Below the pieces are notes generated by a model. The model saw only the letters and a list, made by a program, of their open reading frames with translations, searched no databases and was not told the origin of the DNA. This document shows, in pieces, positions 52,918 to 64,000 of a stretch of 64,000 nucleotides of DNA. The position numbers and the translations under genes were made by a program. How positions within the stretch are numbered: position 1 is the stretch's first letter; the number at the start of each line of letters is the position of its first letter. This DNA is from Lytechinus pictus (Eukaryota). The stretch covers positions 1,676,001-1,740,000 of the forward strand of contig NC_087246.1 in assembly GCF_037042905.1 (NCBI RefSeq). Direction: 5' to 3'.

Positions 52918-55900
52918 CTGATGAATGCATGGCCGTACACATTTTGTAACTGAAATTTTTTACAAAATTCATCAAAAGTATGCACTGAATCCTTCAATTT
53001 CACTTGATAAATATGCAAGAACGCTCCAATGACAAGCACGGTCGCTTTGCTCCTTCGCTTTCAGGTTTTTTCAAAAAAAGCTTACGTGTGCCCCCCCCCC
53101 CCCCCTCGCAAAAATTTCTGCCTACAACCATGGATGAGTGTAAGAGCATTGTTATTTTGGGAGGATAAGGATAGATGGGAGTCAGGTTGATTGTTTAGAC
53201 TTTTAGTGATATAGAGAATGTTTGCATTTCTGTTCTGATGGAAATTAAAAACCGAGGTATTCTTCCTCTGGGATGTTAAATGCGTCCTTGAGGACTTCCT
53301 TTTGGTTGCTTTAAAGAAATAAATGACAAAGATTAGTTCAAACTATCAAGTTGGCAAGTCTGATGCTAAATCATCAGATCTAGCTGGATAGATAGATTAA
53401 GGTGATTGGAATTGCATTATGTGCTATAAAAACTGGAGTGATGGTATCATTATTGTATCAGAGAAAGTCAGACAAAGATTTGGGACCTTCAAATATTTTC
53501 ATCTTTAAAATCTTTAGGAAGTGACTTTGAAAGATGAGGAATATTACATTGCTTGGATGGGTGAGAATATAAAGTTAAAATGTGGGGGAGAATTGGAGAG
53601 AGATTGCAAGCCAAATAGATGTTGTCATCAGTTAAGAGGAAGTGACTGACACTAAGGCCACTTTCACACTCAGTGATCTATACTGCCTTGAAATTCTTTT
53701 GCTAAATGATGATTCTTGTTCATGTAAACTTCATGACATATATCTGGGAGATACCTTATTCAGCAACTGAACTGTTGTTGCTTTACATGAAAGTAACATT
53801 AAAACATTAAACGTTCAAGTAAATGCAGTTTACATACCAACCAGTAAGGTTTGCTGAATTGTTTCCTTCAGTTCAGAATAACATTTCAAAATTAAATTCC
53901 AACATGATATTTGAGGTCTATACACTCTCAACTAAAATAACTACTCATTGACACTTGTCATTATACAGTTATTAGAAATCAAACATGAAACATCAATGAT
54001 CTCATGATCCAGCAAACTGGTTGGAAACTAAGCCAAAGAGCTAATGAACAATGGTAATGACTTGAGTGTCAAGTCCCTCAGAGAGGAGTCAGAAGTCAGC
54101 TTGTCATTGGATCTATACATGCATTAATGCTTTCTTTAAGCCACTAGCTAATATAAATCATTATCTAGGCAGGTATGAAGAACATCATTTTTAAAACGGT
54201 TGGTCATCATAAATGCTGACTGATGTGAATAGAGCTTAAGACACCATGCTTGGTTTAATGGTTACCCTGGTCATGCCCTACCTGGCTGTCTGGGACTATT
54301 TCCTACTGAGATATCAGAGAAATGTCAACGGAACCCTGATCACCATGTTAGTAACATGGGCTATTATGATTCCAATAGAACTATGTATGTAATACTTGTA
54401 CAAGTTGAAACTGACCATATCTTATAGAAATACCATATGTTTTTTATATTTTTGTGTTTTCTTGGCATTTGACTAATCTTTTCATCTTGACTCAGTTATC
54501 ATAGCACCATCAGGACATCTCCATATCAATATTTTTTTTAGAGAAGTAGCAAAGTATGAAGTATAATCATTTTAGGATTCCTGTTGATCCCCACCCTCAA
54601 GTCTTTACCAATCCTGTCATCAATAGGACCATTGTCAGAAGAACCTTCAAAGACAGTTCCTGTCAGTTCACATAAAAAGGGTGTATCACACATTGGAGAG
54701 AGATTAGATGGGTAGAGGAAACACACTCGATTCAACAAGTATGCGACTACATCGATTGGATAAAGGAAGGGGGGAAATGCCTCATATTGAACCCAAAGTC
54801 TTGTGATCGGTTTAGGCGAACGTAACTCGAACCCTGCATGGGAGCAAAGGGATGAGATCATCCCCTCCTAACCAAAATAACCCGTCAAAAATCTGGAAGT
54901 AGCCACTGTTTGGAGACTTGTGACGTGTGGTGAGCTGTCTCTGTATCTAGCGGAGGTATTCATTCACGAGATGATGATCCAGATTGGAGCTTGGATGACA
55001 TTTTAGGAGAATCACATTTTTTATTGGTTCATGTTTTGATCCAGTGATGATCAAGGGATATCAGTTGAAGCCACTCTGATGTCACATGTTCTCTTGTTAA
55101 AGTTCAGGTGTTTGTGAATGATTTTTCGCCAGGTTTTTTGGACTCTGTTATTTTCTAGGGGACAAATTTTTTTGTGAAGAATGAGTCATGGCTAGATTGC
55201 TTTGATTGAAGTGTGTAGTATGTCTGTTGCCCTTTCGTTACAAACGTGTTGGACTGGATGTGATCATCGGTCATTATGTCTACTCTACAGAGCAACCAAT
55301 TCTTCCCTTTTTTGACCATTTGAAAAGAATGGTTTATATAACCACAGCCTATGAATCACAGGGTTTTATTGGCAGTGACATGCTTTCTCTCCATGGGATA
55401 TGAGTAATGATATAAAAAAAAGTTGTTGTTTGACTTTATTTGTCATAGAAATTATTTTGATGTCAGCCCTGTTATGATTATTTAAGGTTCGTGTAGTCCA
55501 TGTATTTAAAGGATATTTTCCAATTAAGTTATTGAATACTGACGGTTTTCATGAATGCTACGTGGTGGCTCAGAGAAATATTTGTTGGTTGTTTTTGGTT
55601 GGGCTTTCAATTCTAATTTGATGAATACAAATATTAAAACCTTTAATCTCTGAGTTATCCTCCGTTATTGAGCCACAGGTTCCTGGTTTATCTTTTTAAT
55701 GCCTTTGCCTCCTTCACGTCCAGTAAGTCTAACGATAACATTACAACAAATAGAGAATGTTACAAAGTAGCAATCTTCATTGCCGTCTTTTACTTTAGGG
55801 AAATTTCATGAAGAACACTGACTTGATCATTTGCCCGAGGTAGCTGATATGGAGCATTTGCAAAAGCATTAAAGGAAATCATTACATAATGTCTTGTGAC

Positions 55901-57431
55901 AGTTAGGATTCGCCCCTCCTGGCGCTTCGGGGGTGAGCCCCCATAGTTATCTTCATCATTTATCTGAACCCATCCCTGGATTATAAATAGAGCTCGAACC
56001 ATGGCGGCCTGCCAGCTGTGTGATATTGGATGAAGTGTGGAGATGCATAATCCAACACTTGCTTAACAACTTTATCCCCAGTATACTTTATGAATGTGGT
56101 GCCCTCGGTAGGTGATGTCTCCCATTGTGTAAAATCCGAGTACACAATTTGATGAATATTTAATATATAATGAACAGGTTTTGAATAGTGAACCTGCTTG
56201 GTAGCCGAAGAAGATTTGAATCAACCAGAATAAGACAATAGATCTATGCAGAATATTCAGAGTCGTCAAGAAGCACAAGAATTCAGGAGACTTAATTCTC
56301 AAAGCTGATGAGATACTACTGTTACTCCCGTTTGAATTTGTAGCTTTCTAGGAATTCATGGTCCATGAAGATACAGAATAATCTTCATATTGATGAAGTA
56401 CCCGGAAACTATGGACCCTGATGAAAAATTAATTGCAATAGTTGATGATCTATGGTTTGGATATGACTTCTTTCTCTTACTGACTAATAATAATTATTTT
56501 GTCAAGCATCTATAGTTAATGGAGATATTTATACTTTTTGGTATGAATGTGGAGAACAAGCAGTGTCAGGATGTTTACGTTAGCAATAAAGACATTAATG
56601 TCACAAGATATCAGCGTTCTGATTCAAACCCAATCATGTCTATATTGCTAAGGATCATCTTGGTGATGAACGGAACACATGATACCATATCATCCTCGGT
56701 TAGAATAAGCAAACAGGAAATGCACTTCTCACGAGACACAACGGTACTCTTGTCTCATGGCTTAAGGTGGGATGGTCCTTCGAAGCAAGAGTCACACTTT
56801 GTCCCTTCCTTTAAAACAATTTAGTGATCAAGCCAGGAAGCTTAACAACGGACGACATTTATTCCTTGGAGTCATAGTCCATGACATTGCTTCCAGAACT
56901 GGTTATCTACTCAAACTTTAATCAGATGGATCTTGAAAATTAAATCTTGGAGCCTTTGTTGAAGAAACAGAATTAGAAATTTGATAAATCTCTGCCAGAA
57001 AGTTCATCCAGATTTGGATCATAAAGGAAGTGAATTGAATATTACGTGAAAGGAAGTCCCTTTTATTCAGCTACTGAATTGACCAATGTAATGGGATTAT
57101 CTTGACCTCAATTGTATTCAACTCCATTCTTAGTCACTGGAATCATTTTGGGACACAAGAAACAATAGTTATCTTGAAGATGCTAAAGAAATGTTGGCAT
57201 GCTGAAATCTATTATTGGTTAGTGATTGGAAATAACTTGAAATTTCTCTATGGATGATTGCTATCTTTGTGAGATAGCAAAACAAGGATTACTTTTACAA
57301 TGAAGTGATTCCATTAGTACAGCACATTGAATTCTGTAAACTCACCATCAGGCTCTGCATCAAATATTCCTTTAATTTAGAGCGATTCATTAGGCCAATT
57401 GAACAAAGTCCAGGTTTGGGTTCACCATTCT

Positions 57432-60400
57432 ATGATCATCATGGCCAAGCAAAGAAATGCAGAGAAGTGCAAAGAGCTTGCACAGCATAGACCACTGTCA
57501 AAGGCTTTTAGCCAGAATGATGCAAGCTTCTGTACTGATCCAAACTTCACCAGGTTTTTCCAAACACAAACTGATCCAGTCATGGAAGAAGCAACTTCTC
57601 TTGCTGAAGCCAACACAGACTCGCATTTACTACAGAAAATCTGGCAAAAGTTATCCACCTTGGATAAAATTGAAAACAAGGTTGATACTGCTCTGAAAAG
57701 ACTTGATCGTCTGGAGCAACATGCGCAGGAGTTCTCACAGGACTTGGAGCCTAGTCACCATAAACTTAAAAAAGAATTGTTGCTTACCAAAGAGGTGATT
57801 CAAGACATTATTCCAAACTTGCCGGAATTTTCACAAGGTAAAAATGTTAAGGGAGATAAGGAGGGTGACCGGGATTATTTTGATGGAACGCTTGATGAGA
57901 CTACACTTCAAAATCTGGAAAGAAACAAAGATGATCTGGAGCCAGAGTTGTTCTTCATGGAGGAGGAGATGGGAGACTTGTGTACCAGCCTTCATACTCC
58001 AGATAGCAGCCCAGGTAGGAGATCTTTAGATGCTATGTATCTTGTTGACTTCCCAAACAGTCAAGATCGTCTTGATACACCATCTACCCCTTTCTCAGAA
58101 ACGTATGATGTAGTTAGTCCAATAGGTGCCCCTTCAGAATTCTACCCAAACTTGTCAGAGATTTCTGGCAGTAACGATTATGATGACTTTACAGTACAAG
58201 GTGCATCTATCAAGGATGCCTCTGAGGTTGGTGATGATGAGGACTATGAGGATTGTTATGATGAAGATGAGGATCAAGATAGTGAGGATGATTACTGGAG
58301 GTTGTGCCCTAATGAACAAGTTAACCAATATGGAATGAGTACTATCCAAAGGACTAGCATGGGTCTCTTGGAACAAATCTCCAGATTGCAGGAGGAGCTT
58401 GGCATGAGTACCATTGAAAATGAAGAAACTGAAACCACAGAGGAAGAAGTAGAGGAACAAATAGACTTAATGAAAGGTAAATTTCCTATTGCTCCAGGAA
58501 TCGAAGATGTTGAGGTATTTCTTCCTGATATTGATGCCATGATGCAAAATCATATAGATGATGATGATGAATTAGAAATGCCACAATCTGTTGCAGATGC
58601 TTCTGATGTAGCAGATCTTGAGGATATTGCAATCAAACTGCGCCATGCCTCACTTGGGGAAGAGGATAGGGATCTAGACTATATGACGATAGAGGAATTT
58701 CAAATGATATCGGGAGGTTTGACCTCCAAGTCTTCCATTGAATCAAAAACATCTTTGCCACCACCTGAAGTTCTTTTACCAAGTGTTCCTACATCACCTG
58801 GTCTTCTGAGGAATTCATTGTGTCAGAGTAGTGATAATGATAGTTGGGATAATGATGCTGAAGATAGTGATGACAATATCAGAGAAGATGGTGAAGTCAA
58901 TGGTCACTCGTTCTATATTCATGGAATGACAAATGGTAGTGGTTTTGATGGTAGCTTTGAAAGAACTCTTCCTGGTCCTTTCATTGGAGAGGTAGCTTTT
59001 AATTCTCTTCAAAGTGATGCTAATACTGTTCAAGGAAATTCAGGGTCAAATGTTATTGGTGGAAAAACAGTTGCTATGATGTCTGAGGATTCTGTTCCAT
59101 TTATAATGCCAAATGATTTGTTTGGTTATAGCCATAATCATGGAGATGTAATCACAGAGAGTGATATCGCTGAAGGAAAAACTGTATCAAAGGAGAAGCG
59201 AAATGGTGAGACAAAAGTTAACAATGTAGATTGTGATAATGTAATGACTAAAAATAATTGTGATTCAATCAAAACTAATGGACAGGAGCTTGATAATGTC
59301 GAACAGCCACGTTCAATTTCTGAAAAGATAAACTGTCTCAATGCTGCATTAGCACAAGATTGGGGGATGAAGACAAATTCCAAAAAGAGGTCTTTAATTA
59401 AGACATTCCGGAAATCACTGCAGAGGAAAAATCTGACTGATTCTGATAAAACTGATAGTAATTGTAATAGCAATAGTGGGGAGAGTGTGGTAGCGGACAG
59501 TGTGTTAACAATATTTGAGGCTCTGAAAACATTTGAAGAAAGGTCACATCAAGTACAGAAGAAAAAAACACAACTAAAGAGAAAACTGTCATCAGTAGAG
59601 ACACATCTTGATAGGGCAAGTAATGTTATCAAATCAGGAGATGTGACATCAGCATCCCACTCCTGCCACCTAAGTACTAGCATTGATAGCAAGTCAGAAT
59701 CAGAAACAGTCACTAGCAAACCAGTAGACAATCTTACTAAAACTCAAAAACATTTTCCAACAGGTATTGCAAATGATGTAACCCAACCTCTCCTGCCACC
59801 AGAGCAGCTATCTCTGAACCAGGAAAATGGAATGGGACACCTAGTAAGGTCAAAGGTCAATGGGGTATGTGATCAAGAGGAAGGCGAGCTAAATGGGGTC
59901 GATGGCTTAGATCAAGCGCCATCTTCTCCTATGGATGAGGATGAAACGGATCAACATGAGCAGTGCTATTATGCAGCTGTGAACAGAAGTTCTGAAGATG
60001 AGGTTAATGATGTTAACACCGATGCAATCCAGGATCGGGAATACGCTGAACCAACTTTTCGAGGGGATCCAAATCATGGGTATGCAGAACCACAAACACA
60101 TTGCCCGGTTGTCAAGGAAGAATCCATTTATAACCCAGCAACGGACTGTGTGGTGGATTCACATTGTGCGATAGTAGATGAGGAAGAAAAAACAAAGCCT
60201 ATTATCACTGTTGACACAATACCCAATAAAACTGAGGTGGTAGATAAATCTGGTTTAGCAGATACAAGCAGTAGTTCATCACAGAATAGAAAGAGCGATA
60301 ATATCTATGAGATCATTACACCAATGGAGATTAAACCTGAATATGCAGAGATCAAGAAGGAAGTGCCATTAGATGTATGTGAGAATGATACCAAAATATG

Positions 60401-61349
60401 TCAATCTGTTACCAAAGAAGAAATACCTTTAGATTCTCCCGACTTGATAAAAACTCTTCCAGATGTGCCTTTGAAATCCAAACCACTTGTGTTTCAGAAA
60501 AGGGAGGAAAAGATGGAGCAAAAGAAGGTTGAGGTAGCGAAGAAGAATGAGGTGGAAGTTGTTCGTAACCTTTTGCCAAGTGAGATCAAGAAACAGCAGG
60601 TAGGACCAAAGGGATTGAAGGTTAACAGATCAAACTTGAACAAACCAAACACTGTAAGTCCTCCCAAACCCGCCCAGACTCCCCCTCAGAACTCAGTGAC
60701 TTCATCAAATATTGAGGTAGTGCACCGCCCACCTGGGTCCCGTCGTGCCAGGATAATCAATAGCTATCTAGAACTAGAGAGGATTAAGAGAGAAGGAGTT
60801 AATCAATCAGATGGGAAACCAATCCAGATCAGTGCTCCGAACATGGCATTGATGTCAAAGATGAAGGGTGCTGGTGGTGGTCTTAGAGGATCAGATGAGA
60901 TGCTGGAAGATATGATCAATCTTCAGCTGATGCAAGCTATGGGTGTTAATCCTCACACCATCGCAACTCCTCCCGTAGATAAAACTTCCAAATCTACACC
61001 CCCACAGCGCCCCTCTCATCTTCCCATCCCAACTCCCATTAAGACAACCAAACCTCTTTCTAAACAACCTGCCTCCAGACATCAAACCTTAGGACCATCC
61101 CATGGTATCGCTAAGATGCTCAATCGCTTCGGGGAGAGCTCTGCACCCACTCCCAAGCCAGGTTTTCAAGGATTTCATAGCAGTGGGAAGACAGGTGCTA
61201 CTCCAGTTTCCAAAGGACTGAAGAAACCCCCTGCTTTTAATATTGATATAAAAGATGGAGAATTGGAAGTCAATATAAAGGATGATAACCGCCAGTTATT
61301 GATGAATAAGTTGGGAGTCCATTCCAGAGGGAAAGGCAAGTTACCTTAG
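57432..61349 (+). CDS. Giant (~3.9 kb) coding exon encoding an acidic, intrinsically disordered polypeptide; probably an alternative exon of the smoothelin-like gene
   Basis: Frame is open from 57381 to 61349, about 1,320 codons, which is not credible by chance in AT-rich DNA. First ATGs are at 57432 and 57441. Composition is D/E/S/P-rich with a short N-terminal coiled coil and no recognisable enzyme or transposon domain. Probable GC donor after 61335. The true 5' boundary is uncertain. Confidence 0.85.
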   Translation: MIIMAKQRNAEKCKELAQHRPLSKAFSQNDASFCTDPNFTRFFQTQTDPVMEEATSLAEANTDSHLLQKIWQKLSTLDKIENKVDTALKRLDRLEQHAQEFSQDLEPSHHKLKKELLLTKEVIQDIIPNLPEFSQGKNVKGDKEGDRDYFDGTLDETTLQNLERNKDDLEPELFFMEEEMGDLCTSLHTPDSSPGRRSLDAMYLVDFPNSQDRLDTPSTPFSETYDVVSPIGAPSEFYPNLSEISGSNDYDDFTVQGASIKDASEVGDDEDYEDCYDEDEDQDSEDDYWRLCPNEQVNQYGMSTIQRTSMGLLEQISRLQEELGMSTIENEETETTEEEVEEQIDLMKGKFPIAPGIEDVEVFLPDIDAMMQNHIDDDDELEMPQSVADASDVADLEDIAIKLRHASLGEEDRDLDYMTIEEFQMISGGLTSKSSIESKTSLPPPEVLLPSVPTSPGLLRNSLCQSSDNDSWDNDAEDSDDNIREDGEVNGHSFYIHGMTNGSGFDGSFERTLPGPFIGEVAFNSLQSDANTVQGNSGSNVIGGKTVAMMSEDSVPFIMPNDLFGYSHNHGDVITESDIAEGKTVSKEKRNGETKVNNVDCDNVMTKNNCDSIKTNGQELDNVEQPRSISEKINCLNAALAQDWGMKTNSKKRSLIKTFRKSLQRKNLTDSDKTDSNCNSNSGESVVADSVLTIFEALKTFEERSHQVQKKKTQLKRKLSSVETHLDRASNVIKSGDVTSASHSCHLSTSIDSKSESETVTSKPVDNLTKTQKHFPTGIANDVTQPLLPPEQLSLNQENGMGHLVRSKVNGVCDQEEGELNGVDGLDQAPSSPMDEDETDQHEQCYYAAVNRSSEDEVNDVNTDAIQDREYAEPTFRGDPNHGYAEPQTHCPVVKEESIYNPATDCVVDSHCAIVDEEEKTKPIITVDTIPNKTEVVDKSGLADTSSSSSQNRKSDNIYEIITPMEIKPEYAEIKKEVPLDVCENDTKICQSVTKEEIPLDSPDLIKTLPDVPLKSKPLVFQKREEKMEQKKVEVAKKNEVEVVRNLLPSEIKKQQVGPKGLKVNRSNLNKPNTVSPPKPAQTPPQNSVTSSNIEVVHRPPGSRRARIINSYLELERIKREGVNQSDGKPIQISAPNMALMSKMKGAGGGLRGSDEMLEDMINLQLMQAMGVNPHTIATPPVDKTSKSTPPQRPSHLPIPTPIKTTKPLSKQPASRHQTLGPSHGIAKMLNRFGESSAPTPKPGFQGFHSSGKTGATPVSKGLKKPPAFNIDIKDGELEVNIKDDNRQLLMNKLGVHSRGKGKLP

Positions 61350-64000
61350 CATCAAACCCAACCCTTGGCATTGTGGAATGTTTGTGATTGAAATTGTAAT
61401 TAAGATTCACTAGAATGAAATGACTTTTGCATGTTAGGTAGCAACACGTCCTGTCTGCATCTAATCTTATTTTTCTCTATCCATTCCATTTCATTATGAA
61501 GTTTGGTTAATTTCCTCAGTAGACCAAAAGCTTCTTGTGATTTTTACTTTTTTAAAGGCTGAATTTTGCATGGTTTGTTTTTATTGTATTGAGGGTGATG
61601 AATCATGGTAGATTATTTGTTCTTTGCAAGTCGAGAATCAAAGATTAGAATAGTGTGGCATGTGGCATTTTTTTAATCGCATTTACAAAGTCTTTTTTTC
61701 TCATTGTTAAATATCATATATGTACTGTACTGTTCTGTTTTGTCCAATTGCATTTATCATGTTGCACCTGTTGTATAATTGTGTCATATCAAATTAGATG
61801 TTTTCACACCTGCCATATGAAAATACTGGTATCTGGCAAATGTATGATACTCCCTGAAAGAAATCAGTTTGTTTAGGTTACCCATATTTTCATAATTTGT
61901 CACTTGTGAATATAATATCCATATTTATTATCCTTGGGCAATATATTGTATATTTGTTATGATTTTGAGGAAAATGTAGTTGTCAATTTAAATTAGTTAA
62001 GCGTTGGTGATGGGAGATTTGGTTGAACCTCTGTATGCAGAGCTCATGTTTTTGCCTCATCTCGACAATCAAAAATGTGAAACAGATTTTTACGATATTC
62101 TTGCGCTTAAATCCAGATACCAGCATTTATTAAACCATTATTTCATGGAAAATTTTGATATATGAGATTTTCAACAAGTGCTGATTTTACACATACATGT
62201 ACAATCATTACCTTTCAATTATAATGGCCATTTCATTTTAAGTTTCTTCTAGCAATTATGTCTGTGTTAAAAATCATAAGGGACCAGGATTATTACACTT
62301 ATGTAAAATCTGCTGGTACAAATGTATTTGCCCTAATGGATGAAAAGTCATTTTCAACTTGTTAATTTTATGTACAGAAAGAAATTTTAATGATTATAAT
62401 TTCTGGGAATGAATGAAATGAATGAATGAAAAAAAATGAAATTTTGAATATATTATAAATTTGTTTAATAAAATAGATACAGTGTAAATAATGAAATTTT
62501 AGTGACTTTAATGAATGTAGCCCATATGAAAATTATTTTAAAAAATATTTCAAATCATAATTATCGTAGCCAAATAATCCAACACTTTCTCAAAATGGAA
62601 TTGAATATCAAAAGAGAAGTCAGATATGAGATAAGACAATTTTCAGAATACAATCTGCAATCTGGCACTTTAATGGTACATGTATGTTAAGAGTTAAGAT
62701 TGTGTTCCAGGAGGAATAAGGAAACTATAAAGTTAGGATGTCAGTTTTTAAGGCTGTTGTAAGATACTATCCATCATAAGGATGTGATCAATCAACTCTG
62801 ATCAATAAATGACCAATCATTTCTTCTAGATAAAATATCTTGACCAGCTGAGTGGCCAAGCTTAGAAGTTATTCTTGTTAACTTCTTGCAGGAATTTATA
62901 AAATACATAAACCCCTTTATATAAGGTTTAAAATTAATCATGGGATAACACAGTTTTCATATTTTGCTTGTGTTAATGGAATGAGGGGGCAAATACATGA
63001 ATTAAAAAACAAAAATTGAAATCGAGGGAGCGGAGTGACAGAGTTTGTCATGAGGGCAATTTTAAATTTTCCAAAGTTTTGTTGAATTTTATGAAAATTA
63101 TCAGTAAAAAGATGAAATTTTACCCTTTTTTTTGGGGGGGGGGGAGGGGGCAGTTGCCTCCCAAATGCCTGATAATGATTTTCCACAATTTTCTGCATGA
63201 TGCCACGAATGAGTATGTCATTGCTGATGGGATTTATGAAACTGAAACATAGAATAAGATGAATTTTCTTTAAAGTGAATTGTGAGATGTTCAGTAAGTA
63301 AAATATAATAATGGATTCATCTGAATGTTTATTGATACAGTCTTCCATAAATCTATTTGAATTGACAGATTAAAAAGATAAAACAAAAGCTGAAGGCTCT
63401 TTATTGAGAAAGTGTCCAGGCACATATTTCAGGAATTGCATATTTTGTTGATAATTCATTATCATCACACAATTACATACATTTATGATTCCATTGATCT
63501 GGTGCCAGTTGCTCACATTAATAATTGTACATTGGAACAAATGTAATGCTTAGATTCAAACTTAACACTCTCCATTATCCTTATAATTTCCTTTGCATTT
63601 ATGAGAATAACAAATCCTGTCATAACACAAATTCTAACTATGTCTTCCTAAAAATTTGCATTTTTTTTGCAGGATTGTAGTAACCACTTCAATATTTCAC
63701 AGAAATGAGTGTTATACATGCCAATATTCTTTACAGTAATCATAGATTTTTGTTATGAAAATATCCTTTAGAACATATAATTACAGTTTTCAAGATCTGT
63801 CCCAAGAGGGGTTTAGCGACTGATTTTTATTTTTTAAAGATGCATGCATCTAAAGTTTAGATTTTAATCATATTTTGCTTGTAGGCTATTTGGATAGGCT
63901 AAAAGTAAGTGATTGAAATCGATTTTTAATATAATAATACCTAATTTAGACAGTTAAGGATTCTGAATTAAAAAAAAATTGTTCAATGCGATGATATAAC

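Noticed and set aside
57422..61085. Numerous short antisense and alternate-frame ORFs overlapping the 1316-aa ORF
   Set aside because: Expected shadows of a long coding frame, with no independent signals.
63655..63745. Strong acceptor ttttttttgcag| at 63672 as the next coding exon
   Set aside because: The phase-1 reading stops after two codons (GGA TTG TAG), and the other frames close quickly with no donor or homology.

Overview
AT-rich, intron-rich animal genomic DNA. The TTAA-flanked MITEs, poly-G/C tracts and HINE-like element suggest a sea-urchin-like invertebrate, which is an inference. The window holds the 5' part of one large plus-strand smoothelin-family (SMTN-like) gene. Five short coding exons, two of them missed by the ORF track (1231-1275, 30928-31293, 37364-37445, 48393-48601, 49198-49273), splice in frame with canonical GT-AG sites. 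Together they encode 259 aa with three smoothelin helical repeats, each cut by a phase-0 intron at the same position. Intron 1 is about 29.6 kb. A 3.9-kb uninterrupted ORF (57432-61349) encodes an acidic, disordered polypeptide with clustered Tyr docking motifs. It has a consensus GC-type donor (AAG|GCAAGT, phase 1) four codons before its stop, so it is probably a giant alternative exon of the same gene. No C-terminal calponin-homology domain is seen in the window. The introns carry many non-autonomous DNA elements: TTAA/Kolobok-type MITEs, 3-bp-TSD Harbinger-like MITEs, a Helentron/HINE-like element with tandem DR1 motifs and two Crypton-like hairpin elements. They also contain a (GATA)65 tract and a marked excess of the palindrome TACATGTA. 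No rRNA, tRNA, CRISPR array or autonomous transposase was recognised. All coordinates and counts were derived by eye.
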